From contig LPNZ01008691.1 in the NCBI GenBank assembly GCA_001655205.1, forward strand, positions 1 to 37,211: a stretch of 37,211 nucleotides of DNA. Direction: 5' to 3'. This document shows, in pieces, positions 34,401-37,211 of this stretch. A program made the translations under genes and the position numbers. Within the stretch, counting starts at the first letter, position 1. Every line of letters begins with the position of its first letter. Source of the DNA: Lenisia limosa. Its lineage: Eukaryota; Protista; Breviatea. The notes beneath the pieces were generated by a model. That model was not told the DNA's origin. It worked only from the letters and a program-made list of their open reading frames with translations, and searched no databases.

Positions 34401-36072
34401 ATATACTAATATGCCATGAGGTGGTGTGTGATTGGTATTCATATGGATTTATCATTAAATTGAAAGATATGCATATGCAGTTTTTTTCCAAACTAACTTG
34501 TCGTTTAATCTCGTGGGGTTGAGATGAACTGATAGACAGTTACACAGAGAAACTGGTTTAATTCGTTCAGTCGCTACCTGGCTCCAGAAATCGATTAAGG
34601 GCTGAGCCAGTTAACATAGCACTTTGGCTTTGGTTCGGAGCCCAAAATAACTCTTTGAGAAATGGCTTAATATCATCAAGTAATATAGCACCATATCGAT
34701 ATTGTTGCATAAATGAGAGAGAGAAAAGGCTGAAGATCTACCATTACACCCACTTAATAAGGATATTGATTACCGGATGGAATATTCAACCAATCAAAAT
34801 ATACGTTAACAAGACATACCCGGATTCCACGCTCGCGGCTTCGGAGACAGTCCGACAACGACGTGAGGGACAGGGTGTTCGTTTTGACGTAATTTGTCGT
34901 TCGTTCAATGATAGGGGCGGAAAGAGGTCGTCGTGCACGTGCGGCGTCTGTGCGATTGTGATGGGAACAGGATGATCATTTCATTTAGGGTGAGAAATAA
35001 AGCAAGATGAACATGAAAAGATGGGCGTAGAAATGCAAACCGAAGGGAGTAGCTGGGGTAGTTGCATGGTCGAAGTATCCGTTACTTTTTAGCTGGGAAG
35101 TGAAATAGTGCATCAAGAGACATAATGGTAACCTGTTACGCTTTTTAATAGATAAGAGAAATTAATAAAAGTAATATCAGTGCACACAATCATTTATAAG
35201 TCAATTGGCGATAGTATTTACAATCCCCATACCTGTTGCACATATGTGGCCTCAATTCGAGAAAGGAGTTTCTGAGCAAATGAAACAAGACAACAACACA
35301 GGGAGGGCGGGGGGGAGCAAAAAAAACGGTTATCCATTGCTCACTCGTCTCTCAACGTGATGGTCATCCCTACAAGAGTAAATCTCTATTTGATAATTTT
35401 AAGGAGGTTGAAAAAAAAGTTCTCTTGTATCTCTCTCTCCTTGCCCCGCAAACACTTGAGTAAGAACGCTTTTCTGAATCACATCCAATGATTTCGGCTA
35501 CAGTGTAAGAGATATTCCACCACCTTATAAATGGAGGTCTCTATTAACTACTGCTACCATCCTTGTAGTGGTGGGGGTAAGATAGGGAGGGAGGGGCAAG
35601 AGCAAGAGGGTAATAATGATTGATTGTCAACCCCAGCTTTAACGGTTACCTTTCGTTTTCGAGTCTCAGCGGCCGGCGTGGGAAGCTGCGTCATCGGCGT
35701 AGTACGGGTCAACTTTATGATGTCTTTGAGCTGCTTTTGTGGACTAGACTTAGGGTGTTGCGGCGGCTGGGAAGGAACGTGTGGAAAATAAACCTGTTGA
35801 TTTAGACCTCCATACAATGACCTACTTGGGTGCATGCTGCTGGTTTCATAAAAGTCAAAAAAATTTCCGCTTCGCTGATTTCCTGAAATTGTTAAAAAAT
35901 GTCATCATAATTCAAAAAAAAGGAACAGGAAAGCAATGAATATATATATCTTTGCCAAAATCAAAAACAAATCTCATCTTGTGGAAGAGCATACTTGGAA
36001 CTCAAATCTTTCTTCAGGTGCTTCTTTTACTGTCTTCGCAAACTTCCTCATCGGCATCTTTTCCATAGACAT
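31411..36072 (-). CDS. WD40-repeat protein, likely a DCAF-type (CUL4-DDB1 substrate receptor); 5' end approximate
   Basis: WD exons VRSIRITQDRKHVLAAAG, ISDLAVHPSDPSLFSTCDAKG/QIYIH, CCAPSNDGGLLAVGAEKG, PNDRYVSVGTAANAAFIFDLR and GDDTVVRFWDV...PISELA/ISPSRDLLTVADDNRIVLFD. H-box-like SLSDCLRSRERG upstream of the propeller. TAA at 31411-31413. Confidence 0.75.
31652..31730. repeat. Nested imperfect tandem repeat in an intron
   Basis: Modules CATAATATGCC(T)CACT and CTGAAACGAC are reiterated in shuffled order. Confidence 0.85.
32199..32250. repeat. Dispersed 52-bp intronic repeat, copy B (WD40 gene intron)
   Basis: 47/52 identical to 29185-29236. Confidence 0.85.
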
Positions 36073-37211
36073 TCCTCCTTCAATTATTAGTGGTAGACAA
36101 AAGACTACCGGTAAGTCACCAAAGATGATGCATGGTATAAGACATTATTTCAAGATGAGATAACTTCTTCTATACTATTCACCCTGTCTTCTTCTAATAT
36201 NNNNNNNNNNNNNNNNNNNNNNNNNNNNNNNNNNNNAAATAGAAACATAGGAGGTCTTTTATCCAAAGATTTTTTGAAATGGGCTGAGAATGGCAGTGGG
36301 CTGATTAGAGTACACTACAAGCATTATTATATTAGTATATCATTTATTTCCCTCAACGAATATGGCCTAAGAGTTGCTCCCAGACAAATTATCACCATAA
36401 TCGGGCATTGATAGGTTTATTTTGTCTGAAAATGGCATATATAGTCTATTTGTAGACAACTTTGGCCAAGAACACAACCTATAGTTGCCCTGTGCAAACT
36501 ATATTGCAGTTTTCACTCATGAAGAGCTTGGTAAGGCGCTGTATTGAGCTGATTTTATTTACTTTATGTAGATTTTTCGGGCATTCGTGGCTGTTGTTCT
36601 GATTCATGGTTGGTCCAAAATACTTTTGTTCTCACGCCCCTGTAGCCTTCATATTTGGATTCACTAACGCTGAAATACCCAATGAGTGCTTTAATGTGGC
36701 TGTTGACTGGATCGAACCTTCAGCTTTTGCTCTTCCAACCACTACAAAAGTAATTTCTGCCCTTCAAGTTGATGTTCCTGTGTTAAATTTCTACAAGTAT
36801 AATCATCCGAACCGCCTCAGTCCTAATACAGGTTCGTGATTGTTTCATTGTCAATATTCTGATATGTTGTCATCTTTAATGGCTCTCCTCCTTGAATTGT
36901 GGTTTTCGAGTATAATAGTAAACAATTTTGAGGGTCTTCCCTTCATACATCAGGCCTTGAAGGGGCGGACACCTTCTCCCTCTCCTTTGTACGAGATTAT
37001 TCGGGGGACCTGTTTCTCCTCGCTATTGCTGACGACGCATCTGATGGTTCTGCTGGAGATCTTGATTTACAAATCACATCACTGTCACTTTCCAGTGCCT
37101 CCTATGTTCTTGGTGGGCTGGGTTGATGAATTTGGTCAGCGGGTCTGCGGGCCCTCTTCTGGTCATCTTGTTTACCACATAGCGGATGATGTCGACTCCG
37201 GATCCTGCCCG

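Overview
Eukaryotic (probably protist) nuclear DNA from a gapped draft assembly with 12 N-runs. It is gene-dense and very intron-rich, with GT-AG introns from about 24 nt to about 500 nt. The genetic code looks standard: TAA, TAG and TGA each end a well-supported gene. The supplied ORF track is mostly exon fragments, so gene models were rebuilt by manual splicing. Left to right: the 3' half of an intron-containing, stop-interrupted Tc1 (DD34E) transposase (+); a cellular-type Pif1 helicase with a long low-complexity N-terminus (-) that runs into a gap next to the Tc1; a large WD40 protein (+); an unidentified gene (-); Elongator subunit ELP2 (+); a zinc-finger + VPS9 (Rab5-GEF) protein with a long Ser/Pro-rich tail (-); EMC3 (+); RFT1 (-); a DCAF-like WD40 protein (-); and about 1 kb of unexplained sequence. 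The most unusual signal is non-coding. The longer introns carry short self-complementary inserts: a 77-bp CAGTG-ended foldback, a 101-bp poly-C/poly-G foldback, a 52-bp palindrome-rich repeat shared by different genes, and a family of alternating purine-pyrimidine AT patches. The organism cannot be identified from sequence alone, and exon boundaries are hand-inferred.
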